Shown: positions 40,035 to 53,476, counted from the first letter of the whole stretch. The stretch is 62,983 nt of DNA, filler included, from Octopus bimaculoides (GCF_001194135.2; 6 parts of 3 records of this genome joined end to end with filler, not necessarily neighbours in it); one strand, 5' to 3'. Program-made: numbers and translations. Notes: a model not told the origin generated them from the letters alone.

Positions 40035-40068
40035 TTAACCCTAACCCTACGGTTAGGGTTAGGGTTAA
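40035..40068. repeat. Palindrome built from telomere-type hexamers: (CCCTAA)n-ACGG-(TTAGGG)n
   Basis: 14-bp perfect arms at 40035-40048 and 40055-40068. Confidence 0.9.
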
Positions 40069-40814
40069 TTGTTTCAGAATCNNNNNNNNNNNNNNNNNNN
40101 NNNNNNNNNNNNNNNNNNNNNNNNNNNNNNNNNNNNNNNNNNNNNNNNNNNNNNNNNNNNNNNNNNNNNNNNNNNNNNNNNNNNNNNNNNNNNNNNNNNN
40201 NNNNNNNNNNNNNNNNNNNNNNNNNNNNNNNNNNNNNNNNNNNNNNNNNNNNNNNNNNNNNNNNNNNNNNNNNNNNNNNNNNNNNNNNNNNNNNNNNNNN
40301 NNNNNNNNNNNNNNNNNNNNNNNNNNNNNNNNNNNNNNNNNNNNNNNNNNNNNNNNNNNNNNNNNNNNNNNNNNNNNNNNNNNNNNNNNNNNNNNNNNNN
40401 NNNNNNNNNNNNNNNNNNNNNNNNNNNNNNNNNNNNNNNNNNNNNNNNNNNNNNNNNNNNNNNNNNNNNNNNNNNNNNNNNNNNNNNNNNNNNNNNNNNN
40501 NNNNNNNNNNNNNNNNNNNNNNNNNNNNNNNNNNNNNNNNNNNNNNNNNNNNNNNNNNNNNNNNNNNNNNNNNNNNNNNNNNNNNNNNNNNNNNNNNNNN
40601 NNNNNNNNNNNNNNNNNNNNNNNNNNNNNNNNNNNNNNNNNNNNNNNNNNNNNNNNNNNNNNNNNNNNNNNNNNNNNNNNNNNNNNNNNNNNNNNNNNNN
40701 NNNNNNNNNNNNNNNNNNNNNNNNNNNNNNNNNNNNNNNNNNNNNNNNNNNNNNNNNNNNNNNNNNNNNNNNNNNNNNNNNNTGATATATATATATATAT
40801 ATATATATATATCC

Positions 40815-41143
40815 TTTACTCTCTTTTACTTGTTTCAGTCATTTGACTGCGGCCATGCTGGAGCACCGCCTTTAGTCGAGAAAATCGCCCCCAGGACTTA
40901 TTTGGATGCCTAGTACTTATTCTATCGATCTCTTTTGTCGAACCGCTAAGTTACGGGGACCTAAACACAACACCATCGGTTGTCAAGTGATGTTGGGGGG
41001 ACAAACAAAGACACACGAACACATACACACACATACATATATATATATACAACAGGCTTCTTTCAGTTTCCGTCTACCAAATCCACTCACAAGGCTTTGG
41101 TCGGCCCGAGGCTATAGTAGAAANNNNNNNNNNNNNATACATA

Positions 41144-41204
<61 letters not shown>

Positions 41205-41425
41205 ATATGCATATATATATGTATTTCTGTCTTTTCCTTTTCTTTTATTCTTTTATTTGTTTCAATCATTTGACTCTGGCCATGCTGGAGCACCGCCTTT
41301 TTTCGAGCATATCTACCCCAGGACTTATTCTTTGTAAGCCTAGTACTTATTCTATTGTTCTCTCTTGCCGAACCACTAATGACGGGGCCGTAAACACACT
41401 AACATCGGTTGTCAAGCGATGTTGT
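40815..41425 (-). mobile_element. Two tandem SINE family A copies (40815-41122 and 41230-41425), followed by a family B fragment (41436-41550)
   Basis: Same diagnostic motifs as 23095-23505 and 57830-58005. Confidence 0.85.
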
Positions 41426-43169
41426 GTGGACAAACATGAAAGGATGAAAGGCAAAGTTGACTTTGGCGGAACTTGAACTCAGAACGTGAATACAGACGAA
41501 ATACCATTAAGCATTTTGTCCGGTGTACTAACGATTCCACCAGCTCACAACCTTTAAAAGTAATTTAAAACAATGACATTGGATGCTTTCTGCAAGAATG
41601 GCATTTGACCGAGGGATAGATATTCAAAAATATTAATAAGTTTCTTGCTTGTAAAGTATTTCACCTGCTTTAGGGAGCATTAGTTTAAATTCAGCCTTGA
41701 TTCCCATGTTAAACTTAAAATCCCAGCTCAAAGCAATCCAGTTTTGACATCTAATTGTTAAAATTACATTAAAAAAAATTGGGAGTGCTACATTTAATAC
41801 ATCTCGAGTTGTGTCCAGGGTTTTGACTGACAAATTATTTACTTCTTTCTCTATCACTAACCTTGAATCTGTGTATCATTAAATCATTTTTTTATTTAGC
41901 CAAATAACACCACTCTGTGGTCTTGTTAAACAACTGACAATGAATATCAAACCTGTTTAGATTTCAAACTAGATTTTTCTAATTCTTTTATGTGCGCAAC
42001 TGGTAAGGTTAGTTGTGACAAAGATCTATGTCTAGTGATAACGTGATGCTGAAAAATTTGGGTCCATGTATGCTATTTTATCTTATACTAGTTACCATCA
42101 TTGACATGAATTTGTCGTAACATCTCTAAATCTAGCAACTAAAAGGTTAAACTAATTCTAAATTAAACTATACATGTCAGATCAAATTTCGGTTGAAAAA
42201 AGAACTTCAGTGACACATTGGATTTAAATGATGATTTGTTATAATTCAGTTTATCGTAGGACCTTACAGTGATTTTAATTGTTAATGTTGAGCTTTAAAT
42301 TAGCACCGGGAATTTTATCAAGTGACATAAAAAAAAAAAAAATTTCCTTTGGTTCTTCTGCCTTTGTGTGAATGCTAGTTATGCTAGTTTTTAATATATG
42401 CAAAAATTTTCTGATATCCCAAGAAAATTTGGAACCCAGCTGCGATGTATGTTTCGTACCCCATCTCATATGCCCTGGCCCGCATTGATCAAGTAGACCT
42501 TATGGCAAAATAGGTCAATAGAAGGACCAGGCACACTCTACAAATCCTTCTGTTGTCGATTAGCTTGCCTTTCTGTGTCAACTTATCACAGCCTGAGCGT
42601 TGTTCCATTTGTGGCTATGACATTTATTTCACATGTTTGATTTAATTAAGAATTCATAATATTCAATCAGATCTGAAGGCAAAAGAACAGAGTAGTATAA
42701 CGGTTCCTCAATATGTAAAATGTTGGGTGGAGGAAGTTACAAAAGAAAACAGAATATGTGAGATGTTAGAAACATTGGGGGGAAAAAAGGTATGAGAGCA
42801 ATCAAAGAATAAATCGAGATAAAGGGAACAGTTGTGATTATCTGCTTTAATTATTCTTCACAGATGTGACAGTGACTTCTGTAAGCAGGGCTAGGTTACT
42901 AATTGGTTCTTCATACAAAATAGAAACCTCGTATGTTTACCAAGACAAATTTTCACACATCTTACATGCAGTCTATTTTCTTAAGCACATTTAGTTCGAT
43001 CAAAGCGTTTGTATGTGTGATTTGTTCACATCATCGAAAAATCTTTTAAGAATCATTTTCTCTTCATGAGTTAGAATAATGTGCTTTTGTACACTTAACG
43101 TAAATAATGAAATATACAAACAAGTAGCGATATTTTTTCTTCTTTAAGCCCTAAACCTATTTTTTATTG

Positions 43170-43590
43170 AATGGTTTTGGGATAGTGAGCTGGTAGAATC
43201 ATGAAAGTGACAAAAAAGAATACTAAGTAGTATTTATTCCGTCACTTAACGTTGAATTTAAATTGTGCCAAGGTCAACTCTGCTTTACATCATCTGGGGT
43301 TGGTATTATTAGAGCAATAATCTAGAAATTAGATCGATGGTATCAACTAAGCACTGCCCCTCAAAACTGCTGGCCTTGTGTCTAAAAGATCAGAAGTTAT
43401 TATTAGTAGTAATGACTATAAGAAAAGTATTGGATAGGTAGAATTGTAGGAAAAATTGCTTTGCAGTATTTCTTCCGGCTATTCAAGTTCTGAGTTCAAA
43501 TCCCACTGAGGTCAACTCTGTTGGAGTAGATGATATGGCTTATACCCACCTCAAAATGTCTGGCCTCGTGCCTCTGTTAGGAACAATCAC
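43170..43590 (+). mobile_element. Two degraded SINE family B copies
   Basis: gagctggtagaatc..caaggtcaactctgc.. and ttctgagttcaaatcccactgaggtcaact... Confidence 0.65.
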
Positions 43591-44629
43591 TACGATTATA
43601 AATCTCTCCAAATGGAAATTGAATCAACAACTTCGTTTCATTTCTCGATAAATACATTTCATTCATATCACGTATGTTATTGGGAAAATGCTTACCACCA
43701 AAAAAATCCCTTTCTATGAAATATTTTAGGTCCTACACTTATATATATATATATAAAAAAAATTATGACAAAGTTTCGAATCCTGCACCCTCCATCTATT
43801 TTTCCTTCTTATGATTTTCAGATTTTTATTTTGACCATCAAAAATTCAAAAACTGCAAACATCTTTTTATAAAGAGTTTTTTAAATAAGCATATTTATTA
43901 TATGACTGTCTCAGCTATTTTGCAACAATTCAAAATGATTACTACAAGAATGGAAATACTACACAATTATGCACCAAACGTTGTTGGGCAGCTTTTACGA
44001 GTAAATTGCATTATTGCCGATGACAAGCTGTGTATGTGTGTGAGAAGAGGTATGTGGTCATACATGTTAATGTAACATTGTCAAAAGTATCTTGACGTTA
44101 TTTGGAGGTGCTCAAAATATAAAACGACAGTTTCTTGAATGGGCATTTACCTAGGTACCTAAATACCATTGTCTAGAAAGAAGTTATAAATCCTCGAATC
44201 CTAATTTAGAACAACCAGTGCATTTGTAAATATGACCATGACAGTGTTTACACTGATGAATAGATTACTTAATCGACCTTAATTCGAGACTGTACTTATT
44301 TAGCACCCAAAATCTACTGTCGAGAGCGAGTATTTACGTACCAGACGCTGTTGACAAAAATGCAATTGTACCTAATCCTAATCAGAAATAGTTAGGATTA
44401 GGGTTTTCTTTTTTGCATATAATCAGCATTTTCGAAGAAGGTAAAAGGGAAGCAAGTGATGAGTATCTATTGTTATGGTAAGAGGACATAATTAGTCTAA
44501 ATCATATAGGGAAAGAAAGAGAAAAAGATATAGCTAAATGTCTAGTAGTTCTAAAAACATATGGGATTAAGCCTAATGTAATAATAATAATTGAAAGGGT
44601 GTATGATCCAAAATACCTTATTAGAACTA

Positions 44630-44765
44630 TGAAGTAGCAACTCATAGTTTTGTAACCATGAGTTTCTAGGTTCGATCCCACTGCACAGAACCTTGGGCAA
44701 GAGCTTTCTATTATAGCCTCGAGTTGACCAATGTCTTGTGAGTGAAATTTAGCAGACAGAAACAT
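44630..44765 (+). mobile_element. SINE family A, 5' (tRNA-like) part
   Basis: ggttcgatcccactgc..ccttgggcaag..ctattatagcctcg..ttgtgagtgaa. Confidence 0.7.
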
Positions 44766-45294
44766 TGGTGGGATAAATTATTTGCGATAGTATGTCCTTA
44801 GAGGGGTATAATTGAATCGGTTAGCTTAACTATTCTATAAAATGAATACAAGACTTAATATAATTCATTAAAACCCCTTAGAAATGGCGTCCCAGTGTGG
44901 CTGCGGTTCAGAGCATGAAACGAGTAAAAGCATAACAATATGGCTAAGGGGAGCGTGTTCTACATGCTAAATCTCACATATGTACAGTAGAATCTTACAT
45001 ATGTAATATAGCGAGTCGAGAATATTCAATCAGTTGAAATTATCCTTGTAGTTAGAAGAAAAACTCACTCTAGAGGTTATTTAAAGTTTAAAAACAGCAT
45101 GTAAAGGAAGCAACTCCAATACTATCAAGTAATCTCAAGTTTTGAAAGATAACGATAGTACTGTTACAAATGGTTTTTACTGCTGAAGCAAACTGTTAAA
45201 ACAGGTGCCGTTTTGATGTTAGATCTCATCAAAGACGTATATCCATCCCAGATGGTAAGATGAGATGATCAGAGTGTGTGTGTGTATGTGTGTG

Positions 45295-45590
45295 GTGAAG
45301 GCATATGGCTCGTGGTTAAGGTGTTGCATTCACGATTGCAAAATCGTGGTTTCGATTCCCTGACCGACGGTGCATTGTGTTCTCGAAAAAAACTCTTCAT
45401 TTCACATTGTTCCACTTCAGTCAGCTGTGAGTAACAATGCGATGGACTAGTATTCTGTTCGGGGAAAGTTGACCTACTAATCTAGCCAGGAAAATGATAT
45501 CATTCGAAAGCAGCAACAATATGAGGGAGCTGATTGTAACCAGCGATGTATAGCAATATTCTACAACCAGCGTGATACAGTTATATATAT
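45295..45590 (+). mobile_element. tRNA-derived SINE, family C
   Basis: tggctcgtggttaagg (A box) and ggtttcgattccc (B box); body similar to 15297-15545. Confidence 0.7.
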
Positions 45591-45826
45591 ATATATATAT
45601 ACACAAATATAACTTTATGGTAAAATGTGGCGCTAATTATGAATATCGACAGTGGGTCTCAAAGAAATCAGCCCAAGTGGGCTCTTTATCTTAAATTCAC
45701 ATTCAGTAGAATTTCACAAATGTAATACAGCAAACTGAAAAAATTTCAGTGGTTGGGATTCTTCTTGCAATCAGAAAACAAAATCTCGCTTTGTGTTTAT
45801 AAAGAACATGTAGTATCTTCGTGCAG

Positions 45827-45892
45827 GCATGGCGTGGATTCGATCCTTGATCGCCAAATTTCACATAACAGTTCAACAGCACTTTTCTCACG
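45827..45892 (+). CDS. Candidate internal exon (66 nt, two open frames)
   Basis: Acceptor tatcttcgtgcag, donor gtaaag; reads HGVDSILDRQISHNSSTALFS or MAWIRSLIAKFHITVQQHFSH. Confidence 0.2.
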
Positions 45893-48800
45893 GTAAAGCA
45901 ATAATAGTCTTTCTGTGACAGCAATTATATTTACCAGATGCCTTCACCAAGCAGAATAATGTCTTTGCCACTTGACCTTACTAGCCTCTTCTAGGTCACC
46001 AAAAGTTAGAATTGAGATAACAGGTACCACCAATATGTCTCTCCTTCTGACTGGTTTTGCATAGTTATAAATACTAGAATCTGGTAAGGCAAAATCAGTT
46101 AGTGAACCGAGACAACTAGAGTCATGGCCATAAGCAGGCAGCCACTAAAGACAAACGGCCAGAGTGAGAAAGAAGGTTACAATCAGCCAACTATGAGGCA
46201 CAACTTACCTCGACTCTATAAATTTCACTAGCTCAATTTCTTTTCTCTTATAGCACCATTCTATCACTGTCTATGGTTTACTACTAAAATAAGAACGTGT
46301 ACACACATACAAGCCGAAATTAACTTTCTTAACCTTACATGCTCTTTCAATTATATCACACCTGCTCGTCAAGGCATGGCATTACATTAAGTAACGTTAA
46401 ATAAATATTTCTTTACAACTTCGATCAATGTTCTTCTTCCATCTTGCTCATCTACAACAACAAGCATCACACTGGTGTCCACTGATTTCACCTCAACTAA
46501 AAACATTACTTTCACAAACGCTTTAAAATGTTACTTAAGACATATGCTACTAGCTATAGATGTACTGATCTTAACTCTTGTAAATATATGCAGTATTATC
46601 GGACATATTGAGATGCTAACGATAGATTCCTGTGGTGTAAATATCTATCATGCTGTGGAAAAGGGATGGTAGATGTGTCTGTGCGTGAAAGAAAGAAAGG
46701 AAGAAAAAAAGAGAGGAGATATTTAAACGAACGCTACAGGTACATATACGCACATTTACACACATACGAAAGCAGTTGGTGCGTGCATGACGATTAGCCG
46801 TGAGTGTATGTATGTATGTATGTATATATGTATGTATGTGAGAAAGTAGGGTTGAATATGTGTACATGTCCCCACGCCATTAACGTTCGTATGTGTATGA
46901 ATGTATGTGTGAACATAGATAAGGAGTTTTCCCAACTATCTATTATTTTAATAACTGTGTTCTTAACTCTCTTGCTAAAAGATGTGTAATCGTATCTACT
47001 GGTCACGGGTGTTATCAACTATGTAATATCAAGCACTTCTTAAATTATTTTATTACCGAAACGGAATTTGATGTGTTATGTCGGACAATGATCATAGAAC
47101 ACGACAGCAAGAATTCGATCGAGAGAGGCGGAGAATATATACGGTAATATTGAGAAAAGAGCAAGGAAGAGAAATAAGAATTTGGAATAAAGAGAGTGAC
47201 ATGAAACATTAATTCAGGAGAACATGAATAAAATTAAGGCAAGAAACGGAGCTAGGTGTCGTATGACGAACAACAAAACTGAAGCTATTAGGAAATAAAA
47301 CGAGAATTGTTAATCAAGTAAGACGGTAGAGTATTAACGAAAATGATCAGCAAGAATATTTTGCATCAGGCAAAATGAGAAATCAAACTTGAAGAAAAAA
47401 ACATGACCGAATCTGATTTATTCTTATAGATCGGGCTTTCCAAGAAATTAATCAAAGAATTGTGAAGGAAATGACAGTGGGGAGATGTTTATGGCTGACA
47501 TTGTACAACAAAACGGGTCGTAGAATTTCTATGGATACCGCTATTATTGTATCATTGCGTATAAATGTGATACTATAGGATTGACATGTGATACCTCCTG
47601 GGCCAAACATACAAGAATTACCAATTCCCTCTGAGTCGCACTTGCACATCATAGAATAAAGGTGTTATTTTCCAACTGAAATATAACGAAGTAGATGCAT
47701 ATGAGACTTGTTAATCGCCTCTACGCTCTACGTGTATTTTAACAACATTAGAAGTGATGACAAATTATATCAACCTTAAGAGACTGAACTGTGTATTAAA
47801 CTGATGTTGCCTTTCACAAACATGTGAGAAGAAATAAAGGCGATTCTTATCGGGTGTCAAATAAATAATTGAATAACTTCAAATAAAACAAATAAAAAAA
47901 ATTCCGAAGTGTTGGATTTGTCAATGTTAATTAGCAAAACGCACCTACGCAGAACCATAAGCAGACACAAATTTCTACTCCAATATCATTTATTATCTCT
48001 CTAAGAGTTAAATTTATGGAAGCATGAATCACTGAAAAGTAGAATTCACTTCTAACTCTCAAAAGGGAATTACTACGTGGCTGCTCAGTATGCTAGCAAT
48101 AGAAGCCAAATATCCAAATCATATCGTGTCGTCCTGAAAAAGAAATGACTCATTGGAGAATGTAATTGTAGAATATGTTATGCCTGAAAACAAGACAGTA
48201 TGATGACGACTGGAATGCACTTCACCCTAGGTCTACTCGACCAGCGTTGACTTGAGCTAAACAACAAAAATGACATGACTGTGGACATATCCAGGCTTTA
48301 CTGAACGAAGCTGCCATAGTGCTCTGGTTTCCCCACTTATATTGCTGTGGAAACACCTATACGATTTTCTATCAATTAATGCTACTGACGTCAAACGTTG
48401 CCACATTTGTGATGAACAGTTATTAACAACCAAACAAAAAAGAAAATACTAAATGTCAATATTGCTGATGTTTTAACGAGGATGCCTCAATACTACAAAA
48501 GAAATATTCTGAGTCAGGTCTTTAGATAGCTTTCAGTTTGTTTTTCTTCTATAGATTTCCGTAACTAGAGAACATAGTTTTAACTGCAATTCCTTTGGCA
48601 GTGTTTCCAGTTACTGAAGTTAAGTTTTACATCATTCCTGAAATTATCAATCAATAAGCATAGGCTTTAAGGTTTCAGATTAAAAGATATATAATTTCTA
48701 TGTTACGAAGTTTTGTTTTTCCACATCCGAATAATTGAAATGCATATACTTCGGAACAGCATTAAAATATATAAATAAATGAAATAAGGGGGGGGGGAAG

Positions 48801-49013
48801 AAAGAAAGAAAACGATTTACTAGCAATATAAAGAAGTTAGTCAAATTACAGGCCCACCATTAGATTTTGTAAAAGTAACTTAAGGAATACTTTACGTATA
48901 TTTTTGTTTAACCCAATATCAAGTGTGCAATCACAAGCTTTTCAGCTATGACTATCCCCTCTTTTTGCATAACATGGGAATCCATCGTCCAATGTGTCAT
49001 TCTTTTCTTCTAG

Positions 49014-49078
49014 GACACTAGGATCTGATTTGAACGAGAGTCTATTTCCAGCAGATCGAGAGCATATTAAGTTTCTTC
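49014..49078 (+). CDS. Candidate internal exon (TLGSDLNESLFPADREHIKFL)
   Basis: Strong acceptor tcattcttttcttctag, donor gtaagc, open frame with protein-like composition. Confidence 0.3.
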
Positions 49079-49379
49079 GTAAGCTCGTTGCCTCTGCATA
49101 GTTTGTAATTATGATCCAGCACAATCAAGATAAGTCGAAAACTAATTAAAGAACTGTATACAACTTCAGTGTATTCTTGATCAGTTCTTCAATAAGTGAT
49201 GTAGCTTAGCTTTTACCAATTAAAATTTCGTAACAAATTTTAGACCGCTAAAATATCACCGCACGCACGCAGAGTGATTTGTAGATTGTTTGCCTTATAG
49301 GGATGAATATATTTGAAATTGTGCAACACTTCAGTCACTTTTTAGTAATCTTATCCAACATACGTAGAAAGCCAGAAAT

Positions 49380-49530
49380 TTGAGGAAGGGTGTGACCTTA
49401 GTACTTGACTGGTACTTTATTTTATTGATCCTGGGGGGTGGGACGAAAAGCAAAGTAGTCTTCGACGATATTTGAAACCAGAACCTAAAGAGCCAGAACG
49501 AAAGCTCCAAGCAACTTTCTGACGCACTAA
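49380..49530 (-). mobile_element. Degraded SINE family B
   Basis: gtacttgactggtactttattttattgatcc..gaaaagcaaagtagtcttcgacgatatttgaa. Confidence 0.6.
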
Positions 49531-49559
49531 CGATTTTCATAATGTCACCAAGTAACTAT

Positions 49560-49690
49560 CCTTGCTCACTGCTATCGAGGCGGAGATGGCTGTCCGCAAG
49601 TGCGAGCCCTGTGTGTCAGCGCATCTTCCTCACTATCCTCCGGGGCAACGCCTTTTCCATTTTGTCTGCTGGTGCCATGAGAAATGTCAT
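49560..49690 (+). mobile_element. Short C-terminal remnant of a CRE-like (RLE) non-LTR retrotransposon
   Basis: RIFLTILRGNAFSILSA matches the CRE/RLE terminal motif QRISxAIQRGNAxSI. Confidence 0.5.
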
Positions 49691-51144
49691 TCATTGACTT
49701 TATCAAAGAGTTTAAGGACATCTACTTAAATGCGCATAAAACTACATTATAGATAAAAGCCAGTCTGGTTTTTACGTTTTACTTTTTATTTTTCACCATT
49801 TCAATCACTGGTAAATGCATTAAGACCTCGTATTCATCAGTAGCTGAGCTGATCGTCGAAACACAATACATCTTGCAAATTCTTAATTCATTATAAATCC
49901 AGTTTTGAAAACACCCAAGCAATTAACGATTCCGTCGTTAGCCCCTTTTCTTTGACCGACCTTTGGATACATTATAGATGCCTTATCAGGTAACCTACAA
50001 GTAGTTGTAGCTAAATCCAACTGCAGGAACTTACACAGCTCACTTCGGCTACAGAGTTCAATGACTACTACAATCCGCAATAAACAGTGACAAACACCTC
50101 TTCCACGGACTCATACTACCTGACTCACTTGGTGTAAATATTTTTTTCAGTCGTAGTCACAACAACATTTTTTTTTCTTAGTGGTTTATAAATATTCTTG
50201 TATCTGGATTTCACACAGATTGTTATTCTTCTTTCAACTAACGCAGAGATGATAAAAAATCTAAATCCCACTTTAAAGAATGAAAGTGAAATAACTGATG
50301 GGTCAGACGGTGCTGAGGTTTTTAATGTAAACCATTTACTGTAATATAATTCGAAATAACAATAAATATATACATTTAGTTTGTTGAATGGTAATAAACA
50401 TTCGGCTTATTGAACTAAACTTCGAAAAATATATCAAGCGTGCATTGTACTATTAAAAAACAAAAAAAGTAATTATGACCAACCAACCACCAGATAAATA
50501 TTAGTATTATATTAGTACGAAAGAGAAAAGAAATTATTTTCCATTCTCTAAGTTAAGATATTCCTGTATTATAATTTATCAATTTGTTGACTGGGTTATT
50601 TAACTTAGGGTATTTTATTATTATCATTATTTTTGTTATTTTTGTACTTCTTATCAAAGTTATATCCCGGAATTCCTCATTAATCTTCATTGAAAATGAA
50701 AATAAAACTCACTCAAACCAATAATTTATTTGCTCACATGCTCTGATTTGAAAACATTAAAAACACAAAATAGAAATGACGAATTATATTGTAATTACTA
50801 CTAACTAAATCATTATATTTACTATTATCTTCTTTTTAAAACAGTTATTTTATTTTAATTTTTCAAATAAACACGGAAACGTATCATTAGAGTATCAAGT
50901 TATGGATGATTGACGATATTGAATCTGCAAAAGAAAAATATAAAGTTAACGTCAGCTTTAATTGGTAGGCTGGAAATTGAAAACATCGCTGGAAGTATAA
51001 CAAAATAATAATGGAAATAAATAGTGACCCAAAAAAGTTCATGTGAAATAAACTGTATTTAAAATGTTGCTACAAAAATAGATATTTTCAAGTTAAATAT
51101 ATATGTAGTCTAATGGAAACGTGTATTTAAAATTAAAAAGGAAG

Positions 51145-51181
<37 letters not shown>

Positions 51182-52398
51182 AAATTTAGAAACCTGTACG
51201 ATCCCTCCCAGTCAGCAGAATTTTTTCATTTATATTTTTTTAACACCCACCATTAAAACCCCGACACGTCTTTTTCCTAATCTAGAACTATGCTTACTTG
51301 TTAGTTATTAACATCCAGACAAACCATACATAATACAACCTAGCCCTTGTCTTATTAAGCCAACGGTGGTAGGCAGAGTTAAACTTGATTGTACTGTAAT
51401 TTTGCAAAAAGGAATTTAATTAACCTGTTTTTCTGCAACTTATTTAAATTCAGTTATTTGAAGTTTGGAATTAACTGGTAGTTTTGACAATTAGACAGAA
51501 TAACCCACCAAAAAAGGAGAGAAAATGTCACGTTTACTGATTTTTTTCAACCAAACAGGATTGGCACCCCAGATTTCTTCTCTTTACTTTTCTTTTTTTT
51601 TTATTGTTAAGTTAAACGGGTTTGATACCAATCAATAAATCAAATTTAGAAAATAGAACTGAATTTTTCTTCACAGAAACAGGGAGCATGATTTTACTAT
51701 TCTCAGTACAATGGTACACTATATTTAGTGATACACAACCCTCTTTACAGCGTGGCCCACATTTTTTATAATGTCCGTTACCCCCAGAAATCAACAAAGC
51801 AAAACCCACAATCTTTACACAAAGACGCACAGAAGAGCAGCAATCAAATAACGACAGCAGAATGCAAAACCAACACCAGCGATCTGACTGTCGCTTGTAC
51901 TCTTGACAAGAGATGCCAGTTGGTCTTTTACACCTATCAGGCTTGTTCGTATTAGCTCGAGATGCTGGATAATCTTCCGTTCCTTTAAGAATATTGTAGA
52001 ACGGAATCTTTTCACAGATTGGAATTTAAATCCTAATCTCTATAGAAATTTACTGTTTCAGGAAAACTTTGAATTTGAATTACTTTTCATATTTACGATT
52101 ATAGATAACAACTCAGGCTGTAACTTCTGAGCCCGAGTCAAGCGTGTGAACGATGTCGAGAGATCGTTTGCTACGAATGATATTTTTTGACTCAGGACTC
52201 CTTTAAGACGACTGCCAGACGCTGAATGAAAATAAATAAATTGCAACCAGGCTCAATAAAAGGAGCGCGAGTTATTGACTGCAATTACATACTTGAAGTC
52301 AGTGTTGGGAGAAATTAAATCAGCTTGAAAATACACTTTCACTTTACTAAATTTATACTCGGGCTAAGTCCGAACAGACCAAGTGCCGGAGTCGGCAT

Positions 52399-52463
<65 letters not shown>

Positions 52464-52494
52464 CGCGCGCGCACACACACACTATGTATATATA

Positions 52495-53476
52495 TATGTA
52501 TATGGTGGTTGTCTACTCCTTATACAGAGTTTGACCACCTCCTGTACCTATCTTAACACCATCATGGCATCTGATATGGCTTTTTAAACCAAACAATGTT
52601 CTGAAAAGACACCCACATAGATTGAACATCTGATTTGGACCACCAAGAGCTGCAGATAAGTTCTGATCTTTGTGGATCTTAAAATGTCTTTTGAGGCCTC
52701 CGTTAAATTTGAAAACCTTCTGGTATACACGACATTCAAAGGTGTGCACAGACATATAGGCAGAGGTTCGTTTTCCATGGGTTTGCAAATGAGATTTGAG
52801 CCCATCAAAAGAAAGGCATGGTCTGTCACAAACTGTGCACACAAAAAGGTCATTGTCATTCATCTCCTCGATCATAACATTTTTCCTTAGATCTCTTTTG
52901 AGTCTTGCATGCATTATCCTGGCCTCTTCAAATGCTTTCACTCCACTCCACACTTTTGTTCGCCATCCAACTCGATCCGAAGTAAGGGTTTCTATGTCCT
53001 CTGGATCCATTCCAAGTGACTTCATAATAGTTCTTATGTCGTCCTTAAACCTTTCTTTAGGTTTACGCCGATAGCGTTTCCCCTCTGCCGATAGCTGTTT
53101 CTGCATGCTTTCATCCGCCATTCGAACAATATGGCTACACCAAAAACAAAGCTTTAATTGAGTTCCTCAAAAACAAAGCTTTAATTGAGGTGATGCTTGC
53201 AGATGCAAAGACATCTGTGTTTGGAGTAAAAGAACTCCATTTACTGTTTAAAATGCGATGAAGGCATTTTTGGTGGAACTGTTCTAACAATTTGAAATGC
53301 CTTTCATAACAAGTCCAAGTTTCACAAGAATACAACAGGGATGGTAAGACAAATGATTTGTAAAGAACCAGCTTTGTATGTCGCTGGCACCAAATGCGTG
53401 ACTCCAAGCCACCAAATGCTTTTGCTGCCCTTTGAATTCGCAGATGTATTTCTGTATCAAGATTTCCATCATATCC
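52495..53476 (-). mobile_element. 5'-truncated RTE LINE with three C-terminal C2H2 zinc-finger motifs
   Basis: LDTEIHLRIQRAAKAFGGL..LPSLLYSCETW..FHQKCLHRIL; RMADES..KPKERFKD..SDRVGWR; fingers at 52564-52839; 3' end runs into a TA microsatellite. Confidence 0.9.

Noticed and set aside
51612-52026. Minus-strand stop-free frame of about 138 codons (Cys-rich) and overlapping short ORFs at 51.7-52.3 kb
   Set aside because: No ATG or good acceptor at the start, no recognisable domain, and several competing frames. It could be UTR or regulatory sequence but is unsupported as CDS.
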